Source: a virus (taxonomy: Duplodnaviria > Caudoviricetes). From it: a stretch of DNA of 64,000 nucleotides. The notes under the pieces were generated by a model that worked only from the letters and a program-made list of their open reading frames with translations, was not told where the DNA came from and ran no database searches. The stretch lies in IMG/VR virus record IMGVR_UViG_3300020048_000087, positions 17,915-81,914 of that record, one strand, 5' to 3'. Positions 40,688 through 50,790 of the stretch are shown here, piece after piece. The stretch's first letter is position 1. The number at the start of each line of letters is the position of its first letter. A program made the position numbers and the translations under genes.

Positions 40688-40858
40688 TTATTTCGGAGTA
40701 TTATCGTGACCACATTTATGACAAATGTATATGTCTTTATTACCTTTTTTCTTTTCCTCTTCCCAATCCCAATTCCAATTACATTTATCGCAAAACACTT
40801 CATTATCAATGATACGTTCAATTAATTTTAGTTGTTTTTCTGTTATAATAATTTTCAT
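40688..40858 (-). CDS. Small Zn-ribbon protein, 56 aa (absent from the ORF track)
   Basis: MKIIITEKQLKLIERIIDNEVFCDKCNWNWDWEEEKKKGNKDIYICHKCGHDNTPK*: CxxC...CxxC. Its ATG overlaps the upstream TGA. Confidence 0.75.
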   Translation of the reverse strand: MKIIITEKQLKLIERIIDNEVFCDKCNWNWDWEEEKKKGNKDIYICHKCGHDNTPK

Positions 40859-41370
40859 AGTCCTCTAAATTCGTTATCTGTAACAGGAGACGCGATAATA
40901 CTTCTGTAATAAGGTCTTGTTCCACCATAGTTATGTTTATTATCTGAAACGACCCTACCATCGTTATTAACGGTGTAGTACCTTACTCGTGTTTCAGTCT
41001 CATAATACCCAATATAATCACCAAAATTAACATCAATTCCTAATTCTTCTAAATGATGGTTATAAACACCAACTTTAAGATTACCTGGCTCAAATTGGTC
41101 TATTTTAGAATTACCCAACATTTTATTCTCAGGAGGTAATATTTGAACATAACCTTTAAATTCAATAGGGGGTAAAAACTTAATACCATCTGAAATAGAT
41201 TCACCGTATACGTCATCCGTTTTAGTTTTAATCCTATCAATACGATATAAAACTAATGTGAAATTCATATCACCGTGAAGCCATTCTTCACCCATATTCA
41301 TATCAAGGCTAAAATCTTCATTACCGAAAAATTTACCCAAACGAGTAATTGGAATATTATTGTTAGACAT
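40855..41370 (-). CDS. Putative neck/head-closure protein (T4 gp14-like)
   Basis: LYRIDRIKTKTDDVYGES...PPIEFKGYV motif. Likely start is MSNNNIP at 41370; the track start at 41460 overlaps the divergent helicase. Confidence 0.6.
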   Translation of the reverse strand: MSNNNIPITRLGKFFGNEDFSLDMNMGEEWLHGDMNFTLVLYRIDRIKTKTDDVYGESISDGIKFLPPIEFKGYVQILPPENKMLGNSKIDQFEPGNLKVGVYNHHLEELGIDVNFGDYIGYYETETRVRYYTVNNDGRVVSDNKHNYGGTRPYYRSIIASPVTDNEFRGL

Positions 41371-41418
41371 ATTGATAAATATCTTTATATTTATTATTTT
41401 TAAAACAAACAAATAGTT

Positions 41419-43176
41419 TTGGAGAATAAAATCGTATCTATAGAACAACAAGCAATACAAATTCTTGAGTCTTACTCAGGGGGTAATAACTATATATTAA
41501 AATTAAAATTACAGAAAGAAACTAATAAAAAGTTTTACCCAACAAGGTCACAATCAGATTATATCGTAAATTATTCAGATGTACAACCAAAAGTCGCTAA
41601 GAAATGGGTGGAATTGGACCCATACTTTGCTAAAAAAATTGCCGATGATAATTCATATATTGAAATCCCTAAACAAATATGGGTCGAGAAATTATTGGTT
41701 GAAAAAGAAAAATCGTACCATATTTGGGGAAAGATTAATGAGTCGGAAACTATCCACGAACTATGGATGCCGAAAGGGGCTTTGTTAAAGACACATAAGA
41801 CTGAGAATGTCGTAATTGATTACTCAAAATATTCTCACCGACCACCATTAGAACATCAGAAATTGGCAATTGAGCAATTAGCGGGTTCTAAAAGATATAT
41901 TTTGGCGGATGATATGGGGTTAGGTAAAACTACCTCAACTATTATCGCAGCCTTAGAAACGGGAGCTAAAAAAATATTAATAATTTGTCCAGCAACATTA
42001 AAGATTAATTGGCAACGTGAGATTGAGAATTATTCGGATAGGTCTATCTATATTTCGGAAGGTAAAAATTTCTCAACTGAACACGATTTTGTCATTATTA
42101 ATTATGATATATTAAAGAACTTTTACGACCTCAAAGATAAAGATAATTCATTAATCACCAAAGGTAATTTTGATTTAATAATTATTGATGAGGCTCACTA
42201 TATACAAAATGCTCAAGCTCAAAGAACAAAACTTATTAATAGTTTTTCAACAAAGGTAGATAGATTATGGTTGTTAACGGGAACTCCGATGACTTCAAGA
42301 CCAATGAACTATTTTAACTTATTGAGTTTGATTGAAAGCCCTGTTGCTCAAAATTGGATGGCCTACGCTATTAGATATTGTCAAGGTTATCAGTTCACCG
42401 CTGGTAAACGAAAAATATGGAACGTGTCAGGAGCGTCTAATTTAGAGGAACTTAGAGATAGGACATCAAGACAAGTTTTAAGAAGATTGAAAACAGAAGT
42501 GTTAGATTTACCTGATAAAATTATTACACCGGTATATCTAAGATTAAAATCTAAAGAATATGAAACTGAAGTAGGTGAATACTACGATTGGTATGAAAAT
42601 AAAAAAGAAGAGTCTAAATCTTTAACGATACAATTTAGTAGGTTAATGAAAGTTAGACAAATAATTGCGGAAGAGAAAATAAAACAAACAATAGAATTGG
42701 CCCAAAATATTATTGACCAAGATAAAAAGGTTATAATATTTACGAACTTTACTGATACACTAAAAAAGATTCACGAACATTTTGGGAAACAATCCGTTTA
42801 TTTAGATGGGTCGTGTACTAAACCACAAAGACAATATGCTGTTGACCAATTTCAGGAAAACGATAAGATTAAAGTTTTTGTTGGGAATTTAAAAGCTGCG
42901 GGTGTTGGAATTACTCTCACCGCTGGTGAGGCTTGTATAATGAATGACTTATCATTTGTACCTTCAGACCATTCACAAGCTGAAGATAGAGCCTACCGAT
43001 ATGGTCAAAAAAACACGGTGTCAGTTTATTATCCGATATTTGAAAACACAATTGAGGGGATTATTTATGATATGTTAAATTATAAGAAAAATGTGTTTGA
43101 AACGGTGATGGGGGACAATATTGATAAAGGTGACTTCGTTGAACAAATGATGAATAGAATTAATCAAAGGAGATAA
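41419..43176 (+). CDS. SNF2-family (HARP/SMARCAL1-like) helicase/translocase
   Basis: LADDMGLGKT, DEAH, LTGTP, GVGITLT, QAEDRAYRYGQ. TTG start. Confidence 0.92.
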   Translation: MENKIVSIEQQAIQILESYSGGNNYILKLKLQKETNKKFYPTRSQSDYIVNYSDVQPKVAKKWVELDPYFAKKIADDNSYIEIPKQIWVEKLLVEKEKSYHIWGKINESETIHELWMPKGALLKTHKTENVVIDYSKYSHRPPLEHQKLAIEQLAGSKRYILADDMGLGKTTSTIIAALETGAKKILIICPATLKINWQREIENYSDRSIYISEGKNFSTEHDFVIINYDILKNFYDLKDKDNSLITKGNFDLIIIDEAHYIQNAQAQRTKLINSFSTKVDRLWLLTGTPMTSRPMNYFNLLSLIESPVAQNWMAYAIRYCQGYQFTAGKRKIWNVSGASNLEELRDRTSRQVLRRLKTEVLDLPDKIITPVYLRLKSKEYETEVGEYYDWYENKKEESKSLTIQFSRLMKVRQIIAEEKIKQTIELAQNIIDQDKKVIIFTNFTDTLKKIHEHFGKQSVYLDGSCTKPQRQYAVDQFQENDKIKVFVGNLKAAGVGITLTAGEACIMNDLSFVPSDHSQAEDRAYRYGQKNTVSVYYPIFENTIEGIIYDMLNYKKNVFETVMGDNIDKGDFVEQMMNRINQRR

Positions 43177-43217
43177 TTCAAAACTTCCGCTTATTTATAA
43201 GATATAAAATAAGTAAG

Positions 43218-44756
43218 ATGAATAAAAATGAAAATCGTATCAAAGTGATTAACGAGCAGTTAGTAACTATTGATACTGAAAAAAACAAAAAACTTTTCCT
43301 TACGGAAATGAAAAAGATAGGGATTGAAAAACTACCCTATGCTTATACTGCCTTGAAACAATTTATTGATGCTGAAACAATGTCTTACCATTATAACAAA
43401 CATTATAAAGGTTATGTTGAAAAATTAAATGATGCGTTATCCAAAAAAGATTATGGTGATATTGAACTTGAAGATATTGTTAAACGTATCGGTAAGTATA
43501 ATAAAACAATTCGGAACAATGCCGGTGGGGCTTTTAACCACGCGTTGTTTTGGAAAATGTTATCACCTAAAGAACAAGTATGTGGTGGACCAATTTTAAA
43601 GAAAATTAATAGTTCTTTTGGTAATTTAAAAGAATTCAAAAATAAATTTGAGTCTGTTGCAAAAAATAGATTTGGTTCGGGGTGGGTTTGGTTAGTTTTA
43701 ACTAAACGTAATACTTTAAAAGTTATATCAACCCCAAATCAAGATAATCCATTAATGAATATAATCCAAAATGGTGGTTACCCATTACTTGGGTTAGATT
43801 TATGGGAACATTCTTATTATCTGAAATATCGTAACAAAAGAGATGAATATATCCGTAATTTTTGGAAATGTGTTAATTGGGGATTTGTTAATGAATTATT
43901 TAAAATGAAAACTAAGACAAGTATTAAAGAAAATGTTAGAATGAAAAAAATAATAAGTGAAGGGGTCTCTGAAAGATGTAGTCGTTTTGATGTCCAATTT
44001 TACCGAAATTTATTTAACACCAATGACAAGGTTAAGACAACATATAGATTTGGTATTGAAAAAATTTTAAGTGAGGTTTTTCCTAACAATTTCTATGAGA
44101 AAAACGCTTATGGGCCAAATCAAATGCAAGGGATATATGATTTTGAAGATGAAGGTAGGTCGGTAATAAATAAGATGAACACAAACTATGAAGTTTTTTG
44201 TGTGTTACTTAACGATATTAATTTAGTGATGACAAAATTAGGTAGACCACAAATTAACTTTAAAAATAAAAACTCAGAAGAACAAATTGCTGAAGCGAAA
44301 AGATTGATTAGTGTTGTTGATGAGTTTAAAACAAGAATATTTTCTTTATCGTCAGGAACATTTGAAAATATTATGGCAACACTTGGTAGTACTAATTCAT
44401 TTGGTGAGTTAACTGAAATTATGGTTGTGGAAATTCTTAAAAAAGAATATGGTGAAGACAATGTAACCAAAGTGGGTAAACTTGGTGGTTCTGAAGATGC
44501 TCTTGAGGGTATTGATTGTGAAGTTAAAATTAACGGTGTTATTCAAACCGCGCAAATTAAACCATATAAGTCAAATCAATTAGTTAATGGATTTTACACA
44601 ATGTTTGATACAGGACAAGTTAAACCATATACAACCGATTGGATGATTTTTTCTAAAAAAAATAAAGACGCTATGATATTCGATAATAAAGATATTAAGA
44701 TAGTTAAAGGTAACTATGTGATACCTGAAATAAATTTGATTAAACATATTTATTAG
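43218..44756 (+). CDS. sodA: Mn/Fe superoxide dismutase fused to a C-terminal PD-(D/E)xK-like domain
   Basis: LPYAY, HYNKHYKGY, NAGGAFNH, FGSGWVW, PNQD, DLWEHSYY (all four metal ligands present). C-terminal GELTE...GIDC...AQIKPY. Confidence 0.85.
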   Translation: MNKNENRIKVINEQLVTIDTEKNKKLFLTEMKKIGIEKLPYAYTALKQFIDAETMSYHYNKHYKGYVEKLNDALSKKDYGDIELEDIVKRIGKYNKTIRNNAGGAFNHALFWKMLSPKEQVCGGPILKKINSSFGNLKEFKNKFESVAKNRFGSGWVWLVLTKRNTLKVISTPNQDNPLMNIIQNGGYPLLGLDLWEHSYYLKYRNKRDEYIRNFWKCVNWGFVNELFKMKTKTSIKENVRMKKIISEGVSERCSRFDVQFYRNLFNTNDKVKTTYRFGIEKILSEVFPNNFYEKNAYGPNQMQGIYDFEDEGRSVINKMNTNYEVFCVLLNDINLVMTKLGRPQINFKNKNSEEQIAEAKRLISVVDEFKTRIFSLSSGTFENIMATLGSTNSFGELTEIMVVEILKKEYGEDNVTKVGKLGGSEDALEGIDCEVKINGVIQTAQIKPYKSNQLVNGFYTMFDTGQVKPYTTDWMIFSKKNKDAMIFDNKDIKIVKGNYVIPEINLIKHIY

Positions 44757-44808
44757 TGTGTGACGTAAAATACTACATATGCTAAATATTTATATATAAA
44801 ACATAATT

Positions 44809-45936
44809 ATGTCAGTAATCCCAGAACCACATAGAAGTGAACTATATAAAAAGGTTCGACACTTATTAGGAGCACCTTTACGTTCAGTTGAACTTGAAGA
44901 TGAACAAATGGATACTTTGTTAGAATTTTCAATTGATGATTATTCTGAACAAATCCAAAGTTGGTTAGTCGAATCTCAATGGACATCCCTAAACAATTTA
45001 AATCTTGATACTCAATCATTAAGTCGAGCTTTTTTGACTAAAAGTTTAGATTACGAAACAAGGTATACTTACGCCTATTCTAAAATTGTTGGATTACAAG
45101 CTGGTGGTGATTGGGTTTTAAAAAGAGATTATGTTGAATTAAAAACTAACCAACAAGTTTATGAGGTTCCTGCTAATCGTGAGATTAATGAGGTTCTTTG
45201 GTATTCACCAGCAGAATTAAATAATGCGATGTTTGACCCTTGGTCTTTCGGTGCTCTTGGTGCCGGTGGTGGACTTGGTGGTGCCGGTGGTTTAGCTCAA
45301 ATGGGTAATGCTGGTGGTAGTTTCTTAATGATGCCAGCGTTTGATATGTTATTGAGAATGCAAGAAATCAATATACAAAGAAGGATTATTACAGGTGATT
45401 TAACATATAAAATAACAGCATTACCTGAAGGTAAGAAGGCGTTACATTTAATGCAAACACCGGGTGGTAAATTCGACTTCGGTAACTCATCATTAATGAG
45501 GGGTAAAGTTTGGTATTGTTATTATGATGCAGGGCCTGAAGATAGGGATAAATGTTTAAAAGATAATCCTGATATTATTAAATTACCATCTGACGTTCCT
45601 TTCGATAAAATGTCTTGGACCGATTTAAATAACCCGGCACAAGTTTGGGTTAGACGTTGGTTTGTTGCCTCTTGTAAAGAGACGTTATCTAAAGTTCGTG
45701 GTAAATATAGTGGTAATTTAAAAACACCTGATTCTGAATTGACTATGGATTATCAATCATTAGCAACTGAAGGTAAAGATGAAAAAACAAAATTAATAGA
45801 TGAATTAACAGGGGCTGAAGGTAAATTAACGAGATTAAAACCCGAAAAGGTTATGGAACGTGAAGCTCAACTTGCGGAAAACTTAAATAAACAATTGAAG
45901 TTTAGAGCATTCCCAAGACAAATATACGTTATATAA
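44809..45936 (+). CDS. Neck / head-tail adaptor protein (T4 gp13-like)
   Basis: LYKKVRHLLGAPLRSVELEDEQM...; WVRRWFVASCKETLSKVRGKY motif. Confidence 0.8.
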   Translation: MSVIPEPHRSELYKKVRHLLGAPLRSVELEDEQMDTLLEFSIDDYSEQIQSWLVESQWTSLNNLNLDTQSLSRAFLTKSLDYETRYTYAYSKIVGLQAGGDWVLKRDYVELKTNQQVYEVPANREINEVLWYSPAELNNAMFDPWSFGALGAGGGLGGAGGLAQMGNAGGSFLMMPAFDMLLRMQEINIQRRIITGDLTYKITALPEGKKALHLMQTPGGKFDFGNSSLMRGKVWYCYYDAGPEDRDKCLKDNPDIIKLPSDVPFDKMSWTDLNNPAQVWVRRWFVASCKETLSKVRGKYSGNLKTPDSELTMDYQSLATEGKDEKTKLIDELTGAEGKLTRLKPEKVMEREAQLAENLNKQLKFRAFPRQIYVI

Positions 45937-45937
45937 T

Positions 45938-46282
45938 ATGGTGAACCCAAGAAATACCGAAAGAAAATTAATAGGTGAAAAAATATACCTAAGAGGTTTT
46001 AACGACCCAATTAGTAGAATAATTACCGATTCTGTTTATAAAACAGATGGTGAATTTTTCTTAGTTATTAAAGATACTGAGACTTGTCAGTTAGTTCTTG
46101 ATTCTGTTACGACAAATCATATTAGAATCAAAGCGTTAACCAAAGTATTGATATCTCCATTAATTGGGAAGATTGATGAAGAATATGATGAAATATTTAT
46201 TGATAAAGGGGCTTGTGTTGAGTTCCTTCAAATAGAAGGTGCTTGGTACATAGTCTCATCAGACGGATTAAAACTTAATTAA
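45938..46282 (+). CDS. Hypothetical beta-rich protein, 114 aa
   Basis: Starts 1 nt after the gp13-like gene and ends at a terminator. Confidence 0.7.
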   Translation: MVNPRNTERKLIGEKIYLRGFNDPISRIITDSVYKTDGEFFLVIKDTETCQLVLDSVTTNHIRIKALTKVLISPLIGKIDEEYDEIFIDKGACVEFLQIEGAWYIVSSDGLKLN

Positions 46283-46315
46283 AAAAGAGGGGTGTTATTA
46301 CCCCTCTTTTTTTTA
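46281..46315. terminator. Bidirectional terminator between convergent genes
   Basis: AAAAAGAGGGG-TGTTATTA-CCCCTCTTTTT. Confidence 0.85.
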
Positions 46316-49123
46316 TATGAATTGTTCATAACCTTCACTTGCTTGTTCGTAAATATAGTCGGGACTAACCTCAATATTTTTCCAAAACTCAACTTCCTTT
46401 TCAGTTATAGTTAATAAGTCCTCGATAGAGTCTTGGTCTTCAGGTCTAAATGGTAAACCATTAGTTAATTGACATTGGTCCGTTGTAAAGAACCCACGTT
46501 GTTCTGGGTCAGTAACTAATAAGTTTTCTCTAACTTCTTTATTAAAAACAATTAACAATGGTTGAATACGTTTATTAAATGTTGTTACCGCTCTTGGGAC
46601 ATTATATTCTCCCAACATATCAGGGTCATTCTCTAAATCAGAAGTGTTTAATATGTAACAATTAAGTTTAACCGTTGATTCTATAGAATCGTCAGGATAT
46701 TTACCATAACCCTCATAAAATAAATCAAGTTGTTCTTGTTTCCATCCGCTTTTTGGTTTATTTACTTTTTGTACATCACCGTGTGATGCTCTAACCCCAT
46801 TATTAACGTAATGAATAACATCACCTAATTGGACGTTCATATTATGTTTAATGGCCAATTCCATATGTGCCATTCTTGACATTGACCCACCTGATTTTGT
46901 TTTCTGAGTGGTTCTTGTTAAATAATCTTTAATTGATAATTTAACCTTCGCTCTTTGGGCGATTTGCATTAATGGGACCTCTTGATTAAAGATTTTTGTT
47001 ACATACTCGTAATACCACTCAACAAATTCTTTACCTTGGCCCTCCAACAAATAATTAACGCCTTTGTCTAAGAATTTCTCAATATACAAAGGTAACTTTT
47101 TAGATTTAATGGTATTACCAGTTAATTTAACTTTCCCTTTATGTTCCATAGTAGCATAGTTCTTTCTTGCTAAGTTGATACAAGATTTCCAAGTACCATC
47201 ACAATCAAGACCCATAGCCCCTCTCATAAATAAGTCATTAAACTCTGCAACATCGGCGTCATAACCCTCATATTCTTTACCCTCTTTAACTAACCAATTT
47301 AATCCTTTACCAACATATCTTCTATCATCTACACCACCTTCAGGTAATGAGAAGTTCATACCATCGGTATCACATACTAATGGAGTATATCCACGTTTCT
47401 TAAAGAACAACAACATTTGACGTAAATATTGTCTACCTGTACAAGTTATCTTTTCACCTTTATCCATATCACCCCAAGCGAATACGTGAGGGGCTGACAA
47501 CGCACCGAATAATGAGTTGATAAAGATTTTAATAGGTAATTGTTTACGGTCAAATTTAAGGGACGTTTTCTTATCCTTACTTTCCCATTCTTTCGCCAAA
47601 GTTTTGTACATAATACGAGAGTTACGGAAATAGGCTAACATTCCTTTCATCGCACCTGTAACGTCACACTCAGGAAATACTTCGTGAACTAATTGAATTG
47701 ATGGGTATAGTGACGAGTAATCGAGTTTTAATACGTCTTTAGAATAACCAACCATTAACAGACGAGAAAGTCCCCCTACGAAATCTCTTTTTTCTTGTTT
47801 CTTCGGTATTGCTAATTTGTGTTTGTATGACCACGCTAACATAATCATTTTCCATAACGTCGCAGTTCCCATTGTGGATACACGTTCATATGTTGTTGGT
47901 ACTAAAGATGCTAGTAGAAACGTTCCTTGATTGAATTCCTCATCCACCAATAACGTTTCCTCAAGGTCATCGTCAAGATACCTCTCAACTAAATCATCAC
48001 CCGTTGTTTTAATATAAACACTTGGATGACGTTCACAAACCTCATCAATTTTTTCACTAATACCAACTTTTTTATAGTTACCATTCTCAATGTTTAACCA
48101 AAACTCGTCTTTATTCGCATAATAAGGACCAATATCTAAGTGGTCGATATATACTCGGTCTTTAGCTTCTGCGTCAATGTATTTGGTGATGTATTTAAGA
48201 CCTGCGGACTTAATACCTGAGTTAATTGCTTGAGCTCTACGAACAGAGTGGATGATATCAATTACATTGTAACCCCACATACCAACTTGGTTATATCTCT
48301 CCACTTCATTTGCTAGTTTTAAGAGGTTTTCCGATTGTTTAATTGGACTCTTAGGGTTCAGAGTCTTGCAGATTCTTTTAATGTCTATATTAAGAGCTTT
48401 ACATCTTTCGAATATCCAAAACCAGTCGAAGTTTGCCGAGTTATACCCACCAATGATACTTGGTTTAATTTCGTCGATAGTGTTAAAAAATTCCACAAGA
48501 CCTCTACGTTCTGAATCAGCATCAGGACATTCGATAACTTTCTTGAAACCTTTATTAGTTTTCATCCCAATCATAAAGATACGACCGTCTTTAGGTTCTA
48601 AAGAGGTCGTCTCTAAGTCGAACCCAAACCTCGTAAGGTCATTGTATTCGTCAAATCCTTTGAATAGTCTTTTTTCTCTTGAAATTAAGTATTGTTCTAC
48701 GGGAGGTAGAATCATTATTTTGTCTTTGGATTTTTCACCCCAAGGTTCCACACCACCTTCTTTAAAGAATTGGATTAGTGAACGATAACCTTTTAATGAT
48801 TTAACCATAAATTTTAAACCATCCTCAAGTCTTTCATTAGGAGTACCATCTTCATTCTCAGTTTTTAAACGTTCGATTAGGATGTTATGTTTGGTCATTC
48901 CTGCTTTTTGTTCGTGTTTAGAGGAATTGTAAAAATTTAATCCTCGTAAATCGCCAACCCACGCAAAAGCGGTAAATGTGTCTTTTCTGATTTCTTTTCC
49001 TTTTCCAGGAATCTCTTTGATTTTGTAAACACAATCGCCCGCATAGTCAAATTCTATCGCAACGATATGTTCTTCGGGGTCATTACCTTCCAAAAAGGTT
49101 TTGATTTCTTCTTCTGATATCAT
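46313..49123 (-). CDS. polB: Family B DNA polymerase
   Basis: Exonuclease motifs FDLET and YNSANFD; polymerase motifs DYSSLYPS, KIFINSLFG, CDTDG. Confidence 0.95.
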   Translation of the reverse strand: MISEEEIKTFLEGNDPEEHIVAIEFDYAGDCVYKIKEIPGKGKEIRKDTFTAFAWVGDLRGLNFYNSSKHEQKAGMTKHNILIERLKTENEDGTPNERLEDGLKFMVKSLKGYRSLIQFFKEGGVEPWGEKSKDKIMILPPVEQYLISREKRLFKGFDEYNDLTRFGFDLETTSLEPKDGRIFMIGMKTNKGFKKVIECPDADSERRGLVEFFNTIDEIKPSIIGGYNSANFDWFWIFERCKALNIDIKRICKTLNPKSPIKQSENLLKLANEVERYNQVGMWGYNVIDIIHSVRRAQAINSGIKSAGLKYITKYIDAEAKDRVYIDHLDIGPYYANKDEFWLNIENGNYKKVGISEKIDEVCERHPSVYIKTTGDDLVERYLDDDLEETLLVDEEFNQGTFLLASLVPTTYERVSTMGTATLWKMIMLAWSYKHKLAIPKKQEKRDFVGGLSRLLMVGYSKDVLKLDYSSLYPSIQLVHEVFPECDVTGAMKGMLAYFRNSRIMYKTLAKEWESKDKKTSLKFDRKQLPIKIFINSLFGALSAPHVFAWGDMDKGEKITCTGRQYLRQMLLFFKKRGYTPLVCDTDGMNFSLPEGGVDDRRYVGKGLNWLVKEGKEYEGYDADVAEFNDLFMRGAMGLDCDGTWKSCINLARKNYATMEHKGKVKLTGNTIKSKKLPLYIEKFLDKGVNYLLEGQGKEFVEWYYEYVTKIFNQEVPLMQIAQRAKVKLSIKDYLTRTTQKTKSGGSMSRMAHMELAIKHNMNVQLGDVIHYVNNGVRASHGDVQKVNKPKSGWKQEQLDLFYEGYGKYPDDSIESTVKLNCYILNTSDLENDPDMLGEYNVPRAVTTFNKRIQPLLIVFNKEVRENLLVTDPEQRGFFTTDQCQLTNGLPFRPEDQDSIEDLLTITEKEVEFWKNIEVSPDYIYEQASEGYEQFI

Positions 49124-49184
49124 ATAATTTATATTTTTGGTTTATTAGCTGCCGTAGTTTACGACATTTACCTTTACTCTATAA

Positions 49185-49213
49185 AATATATATTAATCAA
49201 AATGGGAAGTCAA
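49185..49213 (-). promoter_or_regulatory. Sigma70-type promoter of the DNA polymerase gene
   Basis: Minus strand TTGACT-17 nt-TATATT. Confidence 0.65.
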
Positions 49214-49214
49214 A

Positions 49215-49403
49215 CTATCGTATCATATAATTATTGTAAATAATTAAGTCATTATTTGTGTATTCTAATAACAATGTTGAGATAGTAATTTTATAATCTT
49301 CTAAATTATAAGATGATGCGTCTTTAATGTTATCTACCCACATATTCATTTCAGGTGATACTAAAAATTTATTATCAATTTTACGTTGAATTTTCTTTTT
49401 CAT
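49215..49403 (-). CDS. Small hypothetical protein, 62 aa
   Basis: Likely start MKKKIQRK at 49403, 1 nt after the upstream stop. Confidence 0.55.
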   Translation of the reverse strand: MKKKIQRKIDNKFLVSPEMNMWVDNIKDASSYNLEDYKITISTLLLEYTNNDLIIYNNYMIR

Positions 49404-49404
49404 A

Positions 49405-50100
49405 TTAGTTATAAACTTTAATTTCGATTGGTGTATTATATAACAAACCACCTGTTGGTGAACCTGTTTGAGGGTCAATAATGAATAATACCGGAGTTAA
49501 TATTTCAGCATCAACTGAGGTTAAAAAAACGGGTAATACCGGTGCGAAATCAAATGGTATTGATACGTTAGCGACTACTTTTGTTTTTTGAGGGTTAAAT
49601 GTATCTTCAGTTAAACTATCAGAATAGAAAAATACTAAACCATCTATACCAAAAGCGGGGTAATCGAGAGTTATGTTAAAGCCTAAAGTGTTTTCTAAAA
49701 CATTCAAAATAATACCGCCTGTTGATGTCAATGTTGAGGAATTCCAAGCGGTTGGGATTAATTGGTATGTTAAAGTATCACCTGTTGCGATAAAAACACA
49801 ACCTGTTTGATTAATAGTACCACTAATTACTTGTGCAACATTTGAAAAATCATCACCTGCAACATAATTATCTATTGTGTAAGTTTCGTTAAATATAAAC
49901 CCACCTGTTGGTGTGTCGGAACCACCAGTAAAAGTTAGTGGACCTGTTTGAGTTAATAATGCACTCCAAACTCTACTTGATTGTAAGGTTGAAGGATTTG
50001 TATGGTATGTCACACCTGAAATCTCAACGGGGATTGATATGTTTTCACTAAATCCGGTTAATAACGGTAATTCTGATATTGTTTTTCCTGTTAAACTCAT
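49405..50100 (-). CDS. Putative virion fibre/decoration protein
   Basis: N-terminal GKTISELP motif, common in phage fibre proteins; Thr/Gly/Pro-rich. Confidence 0.5.
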   Translation of the reverse strand: MSLTGKTISELPLLTGFSENISIPVEISGVTYHTNPSTLQSSRVWSALLTQTGPLTFTGGSDTPTGGFIFNETYTIDNYVAGDDFSNVAQVISGTINQTGCVFIATGDTLTYQLIPTAWNSSTLTSTGGIILNVLENTLGFNITLDYPAFGIDGLVFFYSDSLTEDTFNPQKTKVVANVSIPFDFAPVLPVFLTSVDAEILTPVLFIIDPQTGSPTGGLLYNTPIEIKVYN

Positions 50101-50127
50101 TTTTTTTTATTATAAATACTTTTTAAT

Positions 50128-50757
50128 TTAAAATCTTAAATATTGATTAAGTCCTACCGATAAATAAGTCTCAGTATCAATTAATATTGGGTCAATTAAT
50201 TCAGGGACTGGAGGTATAGGTGTTGGTGTAGGTGTTGGTGTTGGTGTGGGGGTTACACTAATACTTGGTGTTGGTGACGGAGTTGGGTTAGGTCCGCAAC
50301 TAGGACAAGGTGTTGTCGTTGTTTGGGTCGTATATGGACCATTAACACAACACGGAAATTCTGAAACATAACAACTTTCATAAGCTAAATCGTCAGCAAT
50401 GAATGAATCTTGAACATAAATGTGTAATTTTTCACGAATTGGTAATATTAAAACGCCATCATCATTTCTTAACATAAATTGACCTTCGTATTTACCAACA
50501 CGATTAGTGTCTTTGGGTGTTAATTGATAATAAATATAATATTCAGGTTCGGCGTTTGGGTCTATAAATGTTTTCTCAACAAATCCCGCAGGTTTTGAAC
50601 TAATCTTAGGAATACCGGTATCCGCATCTACCATAGAAAAAAAGATTGACGACAATTCTATGGTTTTCATAAAATTATCATAATCACTTCTTCCATCTTT
50701 AACGACTTGTAATTTTAATACAGGTAGTGTCGCATTTTTTTTAATAAAAAAATCCAT
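50128..50757 (-). CDS. BppU-like beta-sandwich protein with a Thr/Pro-repeat stalk
   Basis: FFIKKNATLPVLKLQV...YYQLTPKDTNRVGKYEGQF, then TTQTTTTPCPSCGPNPTPSPTPSISVTPTPTPTPTPTP. Confidence 0.6.
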   Translation of the reverse strand: MDFFIKKNATLPVLKLQVVKDGRSDYDNFMKTIELSSIFFSMVDADTGIPKISSKPAGFVEKTFIDPNAEPEYYIYYQLTPKDTNRVGKYEGQFMLRNDDGVLILPIREKLHIYVQDSFIADDLAYESCYVSEFPCCVNGPYTTQTTTTPCPSCGPNPTPSPTPSISVTPTPTPTPTPTPIPPVPELIDPILIDTETYLSVGLNQYLRF

Positions 50758-50790
50758 CAAATATTTTTATTAATAAATAGTTTGATATTA

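Noticed and set aside
8883-49123. Inteins or group I introns in nrdA, the helicases or polB
   Set aside because: Lengths are ordinary, motifs are contiguous, and no C/S...HN-C intein ends or homing endonuclease motifs were seen.
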